From contig CAWDKY010000032.1 in the NCBI GenBank assembly GCA_963802945.1, positions 32,001 through 96,000 of the forward strand: DNA of 64,000 nucleotides, written 5' to 3'. This document shows, piece after piece, positions 53,029 to 63,166 of this stretch. The notes under the pieces are model-generated. The model did no database searches. It had not been told where the DNA came from and saw nothing but the letters and a program-made list of their open reading frames with translations. Numbering within the stretch: position 1 is the stretch's first letter; the number at the start of each line of letters is the position of its first letter. The translations under genes and the position numbers were made by a program. Source of the DNA: an uncultured delta proteobacterium (GTDB lineage: Bacteria; Desulfobacterota; RBG-13-43-22).

Positions 53029-53076
53029 AATAAATAGGTTTGTGGTTTACTTCAGCTTTCAGTTTTCAGCTATTTT

Positions 53077-54597
53077 TTATTTTCCGAGCTTATCCTTAAG
53101 CTCCCTTTTCAGTATTTTACCGGCACTATTGCGGGGGAATTCTTTTACAAAAACGACCTTTTTGGGAATCTTAAAGTAGGCAATTTTTTCTTGGAGGACT
53201 TCGAGCAGTACTTCTTCGGTCATCGTAGCGCCCTTGTTCAGCAAAACAAAGGCCGCCACCACTTCGCCCCGCTTGGAATCGGGCATCCCGACCGCTGCGG
53301 CCTCCGACACTTGAGGAATCGATTCGATGGCGCGCTCCACTTCGGCGGCATAGATATTCTCTCCCGAACTGATAATCATATCGATCTTTCGGCCGACAAT
53401 ATAAAGAAACCCCTCACGATCCTGTTTCCCTAGATCGCCAGTGTAAAACCATCCATCGCGGAAAGACGCCTGCGTCTCTTGCTCCTTATTCCAGTATCTT
53501 AAAAAAACGGTGGGGCCCTTTACCACAACCTCACCAACTTCGCCCGGCGGCACATCCTGGCCGCTTTCATCCACGATTCGCAAGTGGGTGTGGAATACCT
53601 CTTTGCCGACCGACCCGGCTTTGCGGATAGTGTCTTCGAGATCCAGGGAGGTCAGTCGCAAAGTTTCGGTCATGGCATACCCCTGCGTGAACCGGACTCC
53701 CTTTTCCTCCTGATACTTGCGGATCAGGTCAACGGACATGGAAGCCCCGCCGGCAATGAAGAAATAGACGTGGGAAAAATCAGCTCTTTCCCAGGCGTCG
53801 GTTTTGGCCATCATTTCAAACATCACCGGTACCGCAAACATGTAGTTGATTTTTTCAGCGCAGATAAGCTCAACAACTTCCGAAGGGTTGTCGAAACTTT
53901 TAAGAACCAGCGAGCCTCCGGCATAAATAGCCGGCGTGGCCGAGGCGGCCAGGGCCCCGATGTGGAAAAGGGGAGCTACTACAAGGGATTTGCAGTTGGA
54001 GCTGATGCCGTAGCCGATCAGGGAATGGATGGCCCCAAAAAGAAAGTTTTCATGCGAAAGCACGGCCCCTTTGGGATCGCCGGTCGTCCCGGATGTATAC
54101 ATGATGACTAAGGGATCTTTCAGGGTCAATTCCTCCGCGGGAATCGGTTCTTCTTCCGGAAATGAGGCTGTAAAATTCGCAAGAGAAGCATCGCTGGAAA
54201 ATCGGTCGCCGCCATGCTGGAGATAATGCTCAACCGCTGGGGATGCAGCTTTAAGCCCCTCGGCCTTGTCTACAAGTTCAGCAGAATAGATCAGGGCCCG
54301 GGGAGCGGCATCTTTAATGATATAACCCATTTCCGGCAGCGCCAGTTTTAAATTAATGGGGACGATCATCGCACCGGTTTTGGCGCAGGCAAAAAAGACT
54401 TCCAGAAATTCGCTGGAGTTGACCATCAGGGTTGCCACCCGTTCACCCTTTTTGACGTCGAGCGCTGCCAGCGCATGGGCGGTTTGGTTCACCCGCGCAT
54501 TGAACTGGCGGTTGGTGAATGCCCGGTCTTCCTGTTTTAGAAAAGGCCGCTGCGGATAAGTCAGCGCGCGCTTGTAAATCCACTCCCCAATGTTCAT
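53077..54597 (-). CDS. Acyl/aryl-CoA ligase (MenE/FadD-like)
   Basis: YTSGTTGDPKG, GYAMTE, TGDLG, GKILK; AAGGAG RBS. Confidence 0.92.
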   Translation of the reverse strand: MNIGEWIYKRALTYPQRPFLKQEDRAFTNRQFNARVNQTAHALAALDVKKGERVATLMVNSSEFLEVFFACAKTGAMIVPINLKLALPEMGYIIKDAAPRALIYSAELVDKAEGLKAASPAVEHYLQHGGDRFSSDASLANFTASFPEEEPIPAEELTLKDPLVIMYTSGTTGDPKGAVLSHENFLFGAIHSLIGYGISSNCKSLVVAPLFHIGALAASATPAIYAGGSLVLKSFDNPSEVVELICAEKINYMFAVPVMFEMMAKTDAWERADFSHVYFFIAGGASMSVDLIRKYQEEKGVRFTQGYAMTETLRLTSLDLEDTIRKAGSVGKEVFHTHLRIVDESGQDVPPGEVGEVVVKGPTVFLRYWNKEQETQASFRDGWFYTGDLGKQDREGFLYIVGRKIDMIISSGENIYAAEVERAIESIPQVSEAAAVGMPDSKRGEVVAAFVLLNKGATMTEEVLLEVLQEKIAYFKIPKKVVFVKEFPRNSAGKILKRELKDKLGK

Positions 54598-54610
54598 CGA
54601 GATTACTCCT

Positions 54611-54768
54611 TAACAGGTTGCTGAAAAAGGCCCATCTACTGTGTTGCCCTCATCCCTCGTCATTGCGGCGTACCTCTGTGTACGCCTCACAGTCTCGGAA
54701 TTTCGGCGCCTTGTATCTGGACCTTTTCGAGCAACCTTTAAAATAAATTGGTAATACGCAAATTGTTA
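54611..54768. mobile_element. Palindromic miniature element, family A, copy 3
   Basis: AGGTTGCTGAAAAAGG / CCTTTTCGAGCAACCT inverted arms; fills the whole intergenic gap. Confidence 0.75.
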
Positions 54769-55989
54769 AGTAATATTTTTCAGCACCAGCGAAACAAAGG
54801 TCCCCCCGGATGAAAACCCGTTTATCAGACCGAAATTAATTGGAAGGTCTATCTTTTTTTCCATGACAAACCGCAGCGGACGGATCGGATTTTTAAGACC
54901 GACCGTGGGGGGAATGCTTCCCGCCTTTATCGATAAGGCCATGGCCGCCGTCCTTATCCCCCCGGATGAGAAGCTCTCACCCACAGCCCCTTTAATGGCG
55001 CTGATATAGGGTCGATCAGTAGCGCTTCCAAATACGATAGACAGCGCCTCGGCCTCAAGGGCGTCCAGTCTGCTGCCGCCGCTGGCGGCGGCCGAGACAT
55101 AATCGATTGCGCCGGGGGCGATCCCGGCCGAATTCAGCGCCCGGGTGATCGCCAGGACCGACCCCCGGGGATCTGAAGGCCAGTCGGTGGGCGGGGCCGG
55201 CGCTGAGCTCAGGCCCCATCCGACAATTTCACAATAGGGTCTGTGCCCGCGGGCCTCGGCCTGCGAGAAGGTCTCAAGGCATACCATCCCCGCCCCCTCG
55301 CCGACTACCGGTCCGTTTCGACGGATGTCAAAGGGACGTGCTCCCTCCGGCCCGCCGCCTAACGGGGAAAGGGCCTTAAAATGGGTCAGCACTCTAAAAA
55401 AGAATTCTGAAATAATATCTACGCCACCGGCAAACATAAAATCGGCCCGGCCTTGTTTAATCTCAGAAGCGGCGTAGACGATGGCCGTCTCGGCCGAGGC
55501 CTCACGGTGATTGATGGTTGAGTTGATCCCCCTGAAGCCAAGCTCGATGGAAGTATGGCCGGCCGGCGCGTTCATCACCGTATTCGGCACCTGAAAGGGA
55601 CCGACCATCCCCGGGCCTTGGCTGAGAAGCACTCCGGCAAACTGGGCGGCAACGTCGGTGCTGCCGACGGCGGTCCCCAGGATAATCCCCGTCCGATCCC
55701 GGTTGGAGACGTCTATGCTGACCCCGGCATCCTCCAGGGCCATCCTGGCTGAAGCGCAGGCCAGAGAGGATGTCCGGTCCATCTTGCGAAGGTTTTTCAC
55801 GGAGATGAACGCTCTGGGGCTAAAGTCCGTTACAGCCGCTCCCAGTTTGGAAGCAAAATGGGACGTATCAAAATGCGTAATCGGGGAGATGCCGCAGTCT
55901 CCCCGGAAAAGTTTCTGCAAGAAATCATCCTTTCCAACCCCTAAGGGAGTGACCAGGCCGACCCCGGATATGACCACACGGTTACTCAT
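54766..55989 (-). CDS. Ketosynthase-like chain-length factor (catalytic triad absent)
   Basis: KS fold but REAS in place of TACS, SAAASG in place of NAHGT, GES in place of GHT; start overlaps the KS stop. Confidence 0.85.
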   Translation of the reverse strand: MSNRVVISGVGLVTPLGVGKDDFLQKLFRGDCGISPITHFDTSHFASKLGAAVTDFSPRAFISVKNLRKMDRTSSLACASARMALEDAGVSIDVSNRDRTGIILGTAVGSTDVAAQFAGVLLSQGPGMVGPFQVPNTVMNAPAGHTSIELGFRGINSTINHREASAETAIVYAASEIKQGRADFMFAGGVDIISEFFFRVLTHFKALSPLGGGPEGARPFDIRRNGPVVGEGAGMVCLETFSQAEARGHRPYCEIVGWGLSSAPAPPTDWPSDPRGSVLAITRALNSAGIAPGAIDYVSAAASGGSRLDALEAEALSIVFGSATDRPYISAIKGAVGESFSSGGIRTAAMALSIKAGSIPPTVGLKNPIRPLRFVMEKKIDLPINFGLINGFSSGGTFVSLVLKNIT

Positions 55990-57229
55990 GGGCAATCCCT
56001 CTCGGGGTATAACTTCCCAAAACGATGGCGGTGTTGTTTCCGCCGAAGGCAAAAGAATTGGAAAGAACGATATTCACCTCCGCCTCCCGGCAGCCTTCGG
56101 TAACATAGTCCAGATCACATTCGGGGTCGGGTTCGGTCAGGTGAATCGTCGGCGGAATAAAATGCTGAAAAATAGCCAGAACGCAAGCCACTGCTTCGAT
56201 GGCGCCGGCCGCGCCCAAGGTGTGGCCCGTCATGGATTTTGTGGAACTCACCGGGAGGTGATAGGCCCGTTGGCCGAAAACCGCCTTGATCGCCTTGGTT
56301 TCTACAGGATCGTTGGCCGGGGTGGCCGTGCCATGGGCGTTGATATAGTCCACCTGCTCAGGGGCTAGGCCGCTGTCCTGCAAGGCGGCTTCTATACAGC
56401 GCACCGCCCCCGAAGCCTCAGGGTCCGGAGCGGTCATATGGTAGCTGTCGCAACTCACCCCGTATCCGAGGACCTCCCCGTAGATGCGCGCTCCCCGCTT
56501 TTGCGCCTGGCTCAAGGCCTCCAGGATCATGATGCCGGCCCCTTCGCCGAGAGAAAGCCCCTGCCGGTTTTTGTCGAAAGGCTTGCAATATTCCGGGTCC
56601 ACCGCCTGCAGCGCGTTAAAAGCGCCGTAAGTAATCCGGCAAAGGGGTTCGGTGCCTCCGGCGATAACCACGGTTGCCGTCCCCTCCCGGATCAGATCCC
56701 TGGCATACCCGATGGCCGTGGCGCCGGATGAACAGGCGGTCATGAATGTGGTTTTGGGTCCCATCAGCCCTAAGTTTGAGGCGATCTGGTCCGCGGAAGA
56801 GGCGCAGCAAAAGGCCGAAAAAGGCGAATAGCGGACGCCTTTACCGCTGCCCTGGAGATATTGGCGATAGGCCTCCTCGCCTTCCAGCATGCCGCCGGCC
56901 CCGCCGCCGATAACAACGCCGGTATCGGCCTGCAGGACTTCCGGAAAAGGAAAAAGTCCCGCATCGCTCAAGGCCTCCAGCGCAGCCGCCATGGCCATGC
57001 GGTCCGAACGAGACATCCGCTTTAATGAGAATTCCGGCGGGATCATCTCGCGTGGGGCAAAATTTTTCACTTCCCCGCCGGTATGGGTTCTGAAGTCGGT
57101 CGTATCAAAGACCGTGACCGGTCCGATGCCGCATACCCCTTGCCTTAGAGCTGCGCTGAATTTAGACGCACTCCCGGCAATGGCATTGATGGTTCCCAGT
57201 CCGGTGATGACGACTCTTTCTTTTTCCAT
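55982..57229 (-). CDS. Beta-ketoacyl-ACP synthase (FabF-like, triad intact)
   Basis: TACSSG, NAHGTAT, GHTLGAAG, SNSFAFGGNN motifs. Confidence 0.93.
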   Translation of the reverse strand: MEKERVVITGLGTINAIAGSASKFSAALRQGVCGIGPVTVFDTTDFRTHTGGEVKNFAPREMIPPEFSLKRMSRSDRMAMAAALEALSDAGLFPFPEVLQADTGVVIGGGAGGMLEGEEAYRQYLQGSGKGVRYSPFSAFCCASSADQIASNLGLMGPKTTFMTACSSGATAIGYARDLIREGTATVVIAGGTEPLCRITYGAFNALQAVDPEYCKPFDKNRQGLSLGEGAGIMILEALSQAQKRGARIYGEVLGYGVSCDSYHMTAPDPEASGAVRCIEAALQDSGLAPEQVDYINAHGTATPANDPVETKAIKAVFGQRAYHLPVSSTKSMTGHTLGAAGAIEAVACVLAIFQHFIPPTIHLTEPDPECDLDYVTEGCREAEVNIVLSNSFAFGGNNTAIVLGSYTPRGIAHE

Positions 57230-57304
57230 AAGAACTTATTAGTTCACAGAAAGCTGTAATAATAGGCAGACAGATTGAATGTTTTTTATTTGATATTTTT
57301 TAGC

Positions 57305-57365
57305 TAGGAACTTGCTTTTTGAGAGGAGACTATAAACCAAGGGAAAAACGGGGTCAAGGAGAAAA
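57305..57365 (-). promoter_or_regulatory. Repeated promoter cassette, copy E
   Basis: TTGACC(57357-52)-17bp-TATAGT(57334-29) plus leader tcaaaaagcaagttcct. Confidence 0.72.
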
Positions 57366-57431
57366 GGGTTATAAAGCAAGAACCCAGTATGACAATTTTA
57401 ACCAAAGAAGAGAAGTAACAGAAGATCAACC

Positions 57432-59390
57432 TTACTCTTCTATAGTTTCCATTTTCAATATCGAATCTTCCCAATAAGCCGTCAGCTGATTCACTTCTTT
57501 TTCAATCCGGGTATAGTCCTGCATCAAATCCTCGAATTGAGAACGATCCTTATAAGTCTCGGGATCGGCCAAAAGCGTTTCCATCCTTTTCTTTTCCTCA
57601 AAGGCATTCGAAAGCTGTTCCTCCAATTCTTTGATTTGTTTTATTAAGGGCGCCTGGCGTCGAAAAAGGGCATTTCTCTGTTCCGCCTCTTGACGTTTTT
57701 CTTCCTGGGATTTTCGAACAACGGATTTATTGGCCGGGGTTCCTTCTTTCTCCCTACGGGTTCTCGGCAAGGGATAGATATCGGAGAGGCGGGCTTTCCA
57801 AATTTCTTCAAAGTCCTGGTAATTGCCTGGAAAAAGTTCCGCCTTTCCATCACGGATATAGAGGACCTTGTTGGACAGGGCATTGATCAGATGACGGTCG
57901 TGGGTTATAATACATAAGGGCCCGGAAAAGGATTTCAGGGCTTCCTCCAATACTTCCCTGGAGGGGATATCCAGGTGATTGGTCGGCTCATCGAAGAGCA
58001 AAAAATTGGCCCCGGATAAAAGCATCTTGAGGATGATTAGACGGCTCTTTTCCCCACCGGAGAGGACGGACACTTTTTTTTCAATATCTCCTTCTCGAAA
58101 AAGAAAGGCCGCCAGTAAGTTTCGCAAGGTCCCGTAGGTTCGATCACCGGCCACCTGAGCTGCCTCCTGCCAAACGGTGTGGGTCTCCTCCAACTGTTCC
58201 AATTGATGTTGGGCGAAATAGCTGACCGTAATGTTATGACCCAGAATGCGCTGCCCGGAATCGGGTTGAATGACCCCGGCCATGATTCTTAAAAGGGTGC
58301 TTTTTCCTGCTCCGTTCGGCCCCAAGATGGCTATTCGATTTTCCCGGGTAATCATCAAATCCAATTTTTGATAGAGATGGTTTTGGCCGTAGGATTTTGA
58401 AATACCCTTCAGCTCCAACACAGCCTTTCCGGTCCTTGCCATTTTTGGAAAATGGAAGGAAATACTTTGTTCGGCCGAGGGGGGTTGGATTCGTTCCAGA
58501 TGTTCAAGGGTCTTGATCCGGGATTGGACCTGTTTGGCTCGATCTTTCCGGGAACGGTTGCGGGCAATAAAGTCTTCAAGCTGGCGTATTTTTTCCTGCT
58601 GGTTGGCAAAGGCGGCTTTTTGGAGTTGAAGCCGCTTTTGTTTTTCAATAAGATAGCGGCTGTAGTTCCCGGGAAAGGAAGTAAGGGCTCCTTTTTCCAA
58701 TTCAAAAGTCTTTTGAACAACCCGATCCAAAAAGGCCCGGTCATGGGAGATTAGGAGCAGGGCCGAGGAAGTGTTTTGTAAGAAGGTCTCCAGCCAGATC
58801 AAAGAATCCAGATCCAGGTGGTTGGTTGGTTCATCCAGAAGCAAGAGATCCGGTTGGCTCAAAAGGAGCCGGGCCAGGGCCACCCGCATGATCCAGCCCC
58901 CACTTAAAGTTTCCACCGCTGTCTGGAAAGATTCCTCTTTAAAGCCCAAACCGGCCAGGACCTGTTTGGCTCGAAATTCCAGATCATAAGCCCCGAGGCG
59001 TTCCATCTCTGCCAGCAGATGGCTTTGCCTTTTGGCCAGAACCTCCAATTGGGCCTGATCGGTTGTCATATCCAGTCTCTGGGTGATTTGCTTAAACTCA
59101 GCCAAGATTTGTTGAACAGAGGAATCGACTTCCATCACTTGCTGAAGTACGGTTTTCCCGGTCAACTCTATGACATCTTGGGGGAGATACCCGAGACGAA
59201 GCCCTTTCTTTCTGTGGACCAGACCACTGTCCGGCTCCATAACCCCTAGCAGGATCTTAAAGAGGGTAGTCTTGCCGGCACCATTGACCCCTACCAGGGC
59301 GATTCGTTCTCCGGCATGGATGGAGAGCGAGACATCTCTCAAGACATCTTGCTTTCCGTAGAATTTATCGACGTGACTAAGAGCAATCAT
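57432..59390 (-). CDS. ABC-F family ATPase
   Basis: Two ABC domains (LSGGW, LSGGEK, DEPTNHLD twice), no TM segments, C-terminal coiled coil. Confidence 0.93.
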   Translation of the reverse strand: MIALSHVDKFYGKQDVLRDVSLSIHAGERIALVGVNGAGKTTLFKILLGVMEPDSGLVHRKKGLRLGYLPQDVIELTGKTVLQQVMEVDSSVQQILAEFKQITQRLDMTTDQAQLEVLAKRQSHLLAEMERLGAYDLEFRAKQVLAGLGFKEESFQTAVETLSGGWIMRVALARLLLSQPDLLLLDEPTNHLDLDSLIWLETFLQNTSSALLLISHDRAFLDRVVQKTFELEKGALTSFPGNYSRYLIEKQKRLQLQKAAFANQQEKIRQLEDFIARNRSRKDRAKQVQSRIKTLEHLERIQPPSAEQSISFHFPKMARTGKAVLELKGISKSYGQNHLYQKLDLMITRENRIAILGPNGAGKSTLLRIMAGVIQPDSGQRILGHNITVSYFAQHQLEQLEETHTVWQEAAQVAGDRTYGTLRNLLAAFLFREGDIEKKVSVLSGGEKSRLIILKMLLSGANFLLFDEPTNHLDIPSREVLEEALKSFSGPLCIITHDRHLINALSNKVLYIRDGKAELFPGNYQDFEEIWKARLSDIYPLPRTRREKEGTPANKSVVRKSQEEKRQEAEQRNALFRRQAPLIKQIKELEEQLSNAFEEKKRMETLLADPETYKDRSQFEDLMQDYTRIEKEVNQLTAYWEDSILKMETIEE

Positions 59391-59400
59391 TTAAAGAGAG

Positions 59401-59485
59401 AGACTGGATGCTGGATAAAAGTAAAAAGACTGATACTGGATTTCGGAAAAATCCAGCATCTAGTATCCAGTATCAGGCATCTGGC
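59401..59485. repeat. Heptamer inverted array (CTGGATG / ATCCAGY)
   Basis: ctggatgctggata..atactgga / atccagcatctagtatccagtatc. Confidence 0.65.
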
Positions 59486-59493
59486 AATGTGCA

Positions 59494-59847
59494 TCAAAAT
59501 GATTTCTTTTCTTTCTGCAGGTATTCCCCCAAAAGGCCCCGGGAATGGATATCCTCGTGGCAATAGGCACAAAGATTTTCCCAGTTACTTCCGTCCGGCG
59601 GGTTGTTCAGATGGTTTCCATCCTTATGGTGGACGGTCAGGAGTTGCCTCTGGGCAGGGGTAAATTCCCGGCCGCAACGGGCACAGATCAAACCGTGTAG
59701 GGTCAGCGATCGTTCCCGGTAATTCTCCTTAACGGGGATGTTGGTCCGGATTTCCTGTACAATCTCCTTGATGGTTTTATTGCCGGGTTGCCCGGGTTTT
59801 TTCCCCCGCTGGGATTGCCGGCCTGGTCCGAAAGTCATACGGCCCAT
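59494..59847 (-). CDS. YajD-family HNH nuclease
   Basis: YRERSL, CARCGREF, LTVHHKD, NPPDGSNWENLCAYCH motifs. Confidence 0.88.
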   Translation of the reverse strand: MGRMTFGPGRQSQRGKKPGQPGNKTIKEIVQEIRTNIPVKENYRERSLTLHGLICARCGREFTPAQRQLLTVHHKDGNHLNNPPDGSNWENLCAYCHEDIHSRGLLGEYLQKEKKSF

Positions 59848-59912
59848 GGCGAGTATTTTCCTCTTTGAACATTTTTAAAGGGAAGGTTAATGCAGTATCC
59901 ATTCCGTCAAGC

Positions 59913-61166
59913 CTAGTCCTTCTCGGAGGTGGCTTTTTCATCACCGCTTTTTATTTCCACGGTATCCTTTCCCTTGATCACTCTTTTAAAACAATTGGAA
60001 CAAAAATTATAAGTTTGGCGTACTGCCGGTACCTGACCAAGACCAACGCGCATTTTTAAGGGAACATAGCCGGCCAGGGTGGACCAAGGTTTATCAGGGA
60101 ACAGGTACAAATTATAATAAGATCTTCTCTTCGCTTGCCAATTCTGGTTCCAGGCATAATCAGTCAGGAGATTGATTTCATCCACCTCGCCGGAATGAAA
60201 GGCCCTTTCAAACATCTTTTCCAACAGCACGGCGCCTGGAGAGTAAGAGGAATAGGCTTCATCATAGCAAATCTTTAAAATGATCAAAGACCGATTTATT
60301 TGAAAGGCCAGGTGAGCAGCAATCGTTTTCCCTTCAGCTTCCAGGAAGTGCCACTCCAACCAGCCCAGGTCCGTCAGCCGACCGGTCAAGGCTTTATAAA
60401 AAGACACCAAGGAATCGCCTTGACATAAAGCGCTGCCTTCGGTGTACTTCCAGCTGCAGGCCTCCACCGCCATGAAACGGGAAAGTTCTTGTTCGGTAAG
60501 GGAATCCCCTGTCAAAAAGGAAATTTTTGCCCCTGGAAGGGTAAACAATTTGCGTTCCAGGCGGCGTAAGTTTCGGACATATTTGGTTCCCAGGAGGGCC
60601 TTATATTCATCAAAAGATCGATCAACTTTAACAAAAGAGCCGTAACCGTCAAAAACAGACACCGCCTTAATTTTTCTTACTCCGTTATTCATGAGCTTTA
60701 TGGTGGGAGAACTTTCAGGGAGGCGTCTCATCTCAAAACTAAAACAGGTCGGTTGCATACGGGTCAGTTGAGACAGAAGTAAGGGGATGATCTCTTGTTC
60801 GCCGCCCGATTTAACCAAGAAATCAACCGAAGCAGTCTGGTCGTTATAGGGGGTCCGGAATTTATGGCAAGGCATTCCTATTCGTTTAATAGGAGTGATT
60901 ACTACCGGAAGCACACCCACCAGAGTTGAATGGTCATAAGCAAAAAGACAAAACCAACCCTCTCCGGGACTCAATTGATACTCCAGGTAAGAAGCGATCC
61001 AGGCGTGGGATGGATCCGGCAATCGATGCGGGGCCTGGAAGGCCAGGTCATTCCAGGCAGTTGCATGGGGTTTAAGCCCTTCAAGGGTTCTCACCGTTTG
61101 AATTTGAAAACCATTGTGATTCTTAAAAATAGGTTCTCCTGAGGAATCTCTTTTTGGGGTGATCAT
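59913..61166 (-). CDS. CelD/BcsL-like GNAT acetyltransferase
   Basis: W..L, RNLRR..RKL, E..SWK, YD..YS.YSPG..L motifs. Confidence 0.82.
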   Translation of the reverse strand: MITPKRDSSGEPIFKNHNGFQIQTVRTLEGLKPHATAWNDLAFQAPHRLPDPSHAWIASYLEYQLSPGEGWFCLFAYDHSTLVGVLPVVITPIKRIGMPCHKFRTPYNDQTASVDFLVKSGGEQEIIPLLLSQLTRMQPTCFSFEMRRLPESSPTIKLMNNGVRKIKAVSVFDGYGSFVKVDRSFDEYKALLGTKYVRNLRRLERKLFTLPGAKISFLTGDSLTEQELSRFMAVEACSWKYTEGSALCQGDSLVSFYKALTGRLTDLGWLEWHFLEAEGKTIAAHLAFQINRSLIILKICYDEAYSSYSPGAVLLEKMFERAFHSGEVDEINLLTDYAWNQNWQAKRRSYYNLYLFPDKPWSTLAGYVPLKMRVGLGQVPAVRQTYNFCSNCFKRVIKGKDTVEIKSGDEKATSEKD

Positions 61167-61262
61167 TCTTAAATTATCCTGTCTTCATCTACTTAAACAG
61201 TGTATTACTTCCAAGGATTCCCTCTCGCCCTTTCCGGAAAGAGGGTAAAGGACAATTACCGC

Positions 61263-62435
61263 CTACTTACTGAGGAGGCTTCGATATACTTCTACATTTT
61301 GTTTTGCAATCACATCCCAGCTAAATAATCTTGATGCCCTTTCATACAAGCGCCGGCCTATTTCTTCTCTCTGTTGTGAGTCACGGATAAGCCTAAGCAT
61401 TTTTTCTGCCAAGTCGGCCGGGTCATTCTCTTTTACAAATATCCCATCTCCACCGATATACTCCGGCAGGCCAACCGATCGAGAGGCAATAACCGGCACA
61501 GCGTTAGCCATGGCCGTAGTTACTGTCGATCCGGCTTCACTGGTTGTATAGGGGATGACCAAGAATAAACTCTTTTGGTATTCCACCCACAATTCTTGCT
61601 CATTCGTAAAGACATAGTCAAACCATTTAACCTGATCAGTCAAACCCGATTGGGCAATGGGCTCAATTCCCTCTTCCTGACCGTATTCACGATTCAACCC
61701 GTGGATAAGGACTTTTGGGCTAATCCCCTTTTCTTTTAAGATGACCAGGGCCTTTAAAAATAGATCGAAGCCCTTACCATGGGCCAAATGATGCCCGCCG
61801 CAAAAAATGATCTGATCTCGTGAATATGAAGTCAAATTCGGTAGGTGGGTCCCATGGGGGATGACATGAATCTTTTCAGCTTGAATACCCCAGGATTCCA
61901 ATTGTTTTTTCATGGGAAGCGTTTGAACAATAAGGGCATCAGCTTTATTATAGACCCGGTTTAATCGGACTGTAGTCAGCTTGAAATTCTTTAATTTAAA
62001 TTGCTTCTGGATGGAATCGATTTCATGAATGGTGACCACCCGCTTAGACTCGGTCGGGAAAGTCAAAAAAGAAAGCAAGGGTAGAAAGCCGAAAGAGCCC
62101 TGGGTCTGCTGATAATTTAATATAGGCAGCTTCAGGTGTTTCAGGTACCGAGCCCCCTTGAAGACATCCCCCCCATATTCAGGCAGGAGTCGGGCCAGCC
62201 GTTTAATCCTGGACCCCGGTTTGGGGTAAAAATCGGCAAAATGCATTTGGGGAACAAGGGAGAAGGACAAATCGGGGTTAAACGGATCGTGACCATAACA
62301 CCGGCAGTTGGCCGACAGGATATGGACTTTCAGACCTGTTCGTTCAAGGGCCGAAGACAGCCTGTTGGCAAAGTTGCCGCAACTTTTCTCCTTATACCAG
62401 CAAGCAATTATCCCAATTTCCTCCAAGTGATCCAT
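61263..62435 (-). CDS. Glycosyltransferase family 4
   Basis: VTIHE, VIPHG, KG.D.F, AMANAVPVIAS..GLPE motifs. Confidence 0.88.
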   Translation of the reverse strand: MDHLEEIGIIACWYKEKSCGNFANRLSSALERTGLKVHILSANCRCYGHDPFNPDLSFSLVPQMHFADFYPKPGSRIKRLARLLPEYGGDVFKGARYLKHLKLPILNYQQTQGSFGFLPLLSFLTFPTESKRVVTIHEIDSIQKQFKLKNFKLTTVRLNRVYNKADALIVQTLPMKKQLESWGIQAEKIHVIPHGTHLPNLTSYSRDQIIFCGGHHLAHGKGFDLFLKALVILKEKGISPKVLIHGLNREYGQEEGIEPIAQSGLTDQVKWFDYVFTNEQELWVEYQKSLFLVIPYTTSEAGSTVTTAMANAVPVIASRSVGLPEYIGGDGIFVKENDPADLAEKMLRLIRDSQQREEIGRRLYERASRLFSWDVIAKQNVEVYRSLLSK

Positions 62436-63166
62436 TGAACCCCCTTCCTGATTAATGATTTAAGAAACCGCTTTCTTCCTTCGGTTAATTCCGGATTTAG
62501 GATGAGTTGAAGTATTTGATCAGCGACCTCCTCGGGTCTTGCCGGAGAAATATTTTTTAAAAAATCTCTTGGAAAAAGGCTTAACATCTCCGTATCGACA
62601 TATCCCGGGCAGAGGTAAGCAATTTTGATATTCGTAGCGGCCACCTCCTGTGACAAGGCTTCAGTCAAGCCAACCAGCCCGAATTTTGAGGCACAATAAA
62701 CGGCTAGATTAGGGAACCCTCCTTTCCCGGCCCCAGAGACCAAATTAATAATTTGCCCATAACCTTGCCTCAGCATGATCAACAATACTTCGCGCGAGCA
62801 AAGAAAAGCCCCTTTTAAATTGGTATCAATCATTTTATCCCAATCCGCGCTCGTTGTCGAGACCATTGGACCATAAACCAATACTCCTGCATTATTAATC
62901 AGAACATCTATCCGCCCATAGCGATCCACGACCTGAGCGATGAGGCTCTTCACTTCCTTCTCTTGTCGGACATCGGTAGGAATTGGAATACAAGAACCAC
63001 CCTTAGCCTTAATGAGGCCGCAAGCCTTTTCCAAGGCTTCCTTATTCCGTGCCGCCAGAATCACCTGTGCGCCTTTTTCAACCAAAATCAGAGAAGTTGC
63101 CAACCCGATTCCCTTGCTGGCGCCAGTCACAATAATCACTTTGTCTTGGACTAAACTTTTATTCAT
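62408..63166 (-). CDS. SDR family oxidoreductase
   Basis: TGASKGIG, NNAG and YCASK motifs. Confidence 0.93.
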   Translation of the reverse strand: MNKSLVQDKVIIVTGASKGIGLATSLILVEKGAQVILAARNKEALEKACGLIKAKGGSCIPIPTDVRQEKEVKSLIAQVVDRYGRIDVLINNAGVLVYGPMVSTTSADWDKMIDTNLKGAFLCSREVLLIMLRQGYGQIINLVSGAGKGGFPNLAVYCASKFGLVGLTEALSQEVAATNIKIAYLCPGYVDTEMLSLFPRDFLKNISPARPEEVADQILQLILNPELTEGRKRFLKSLIRKGVQWITWRKLG

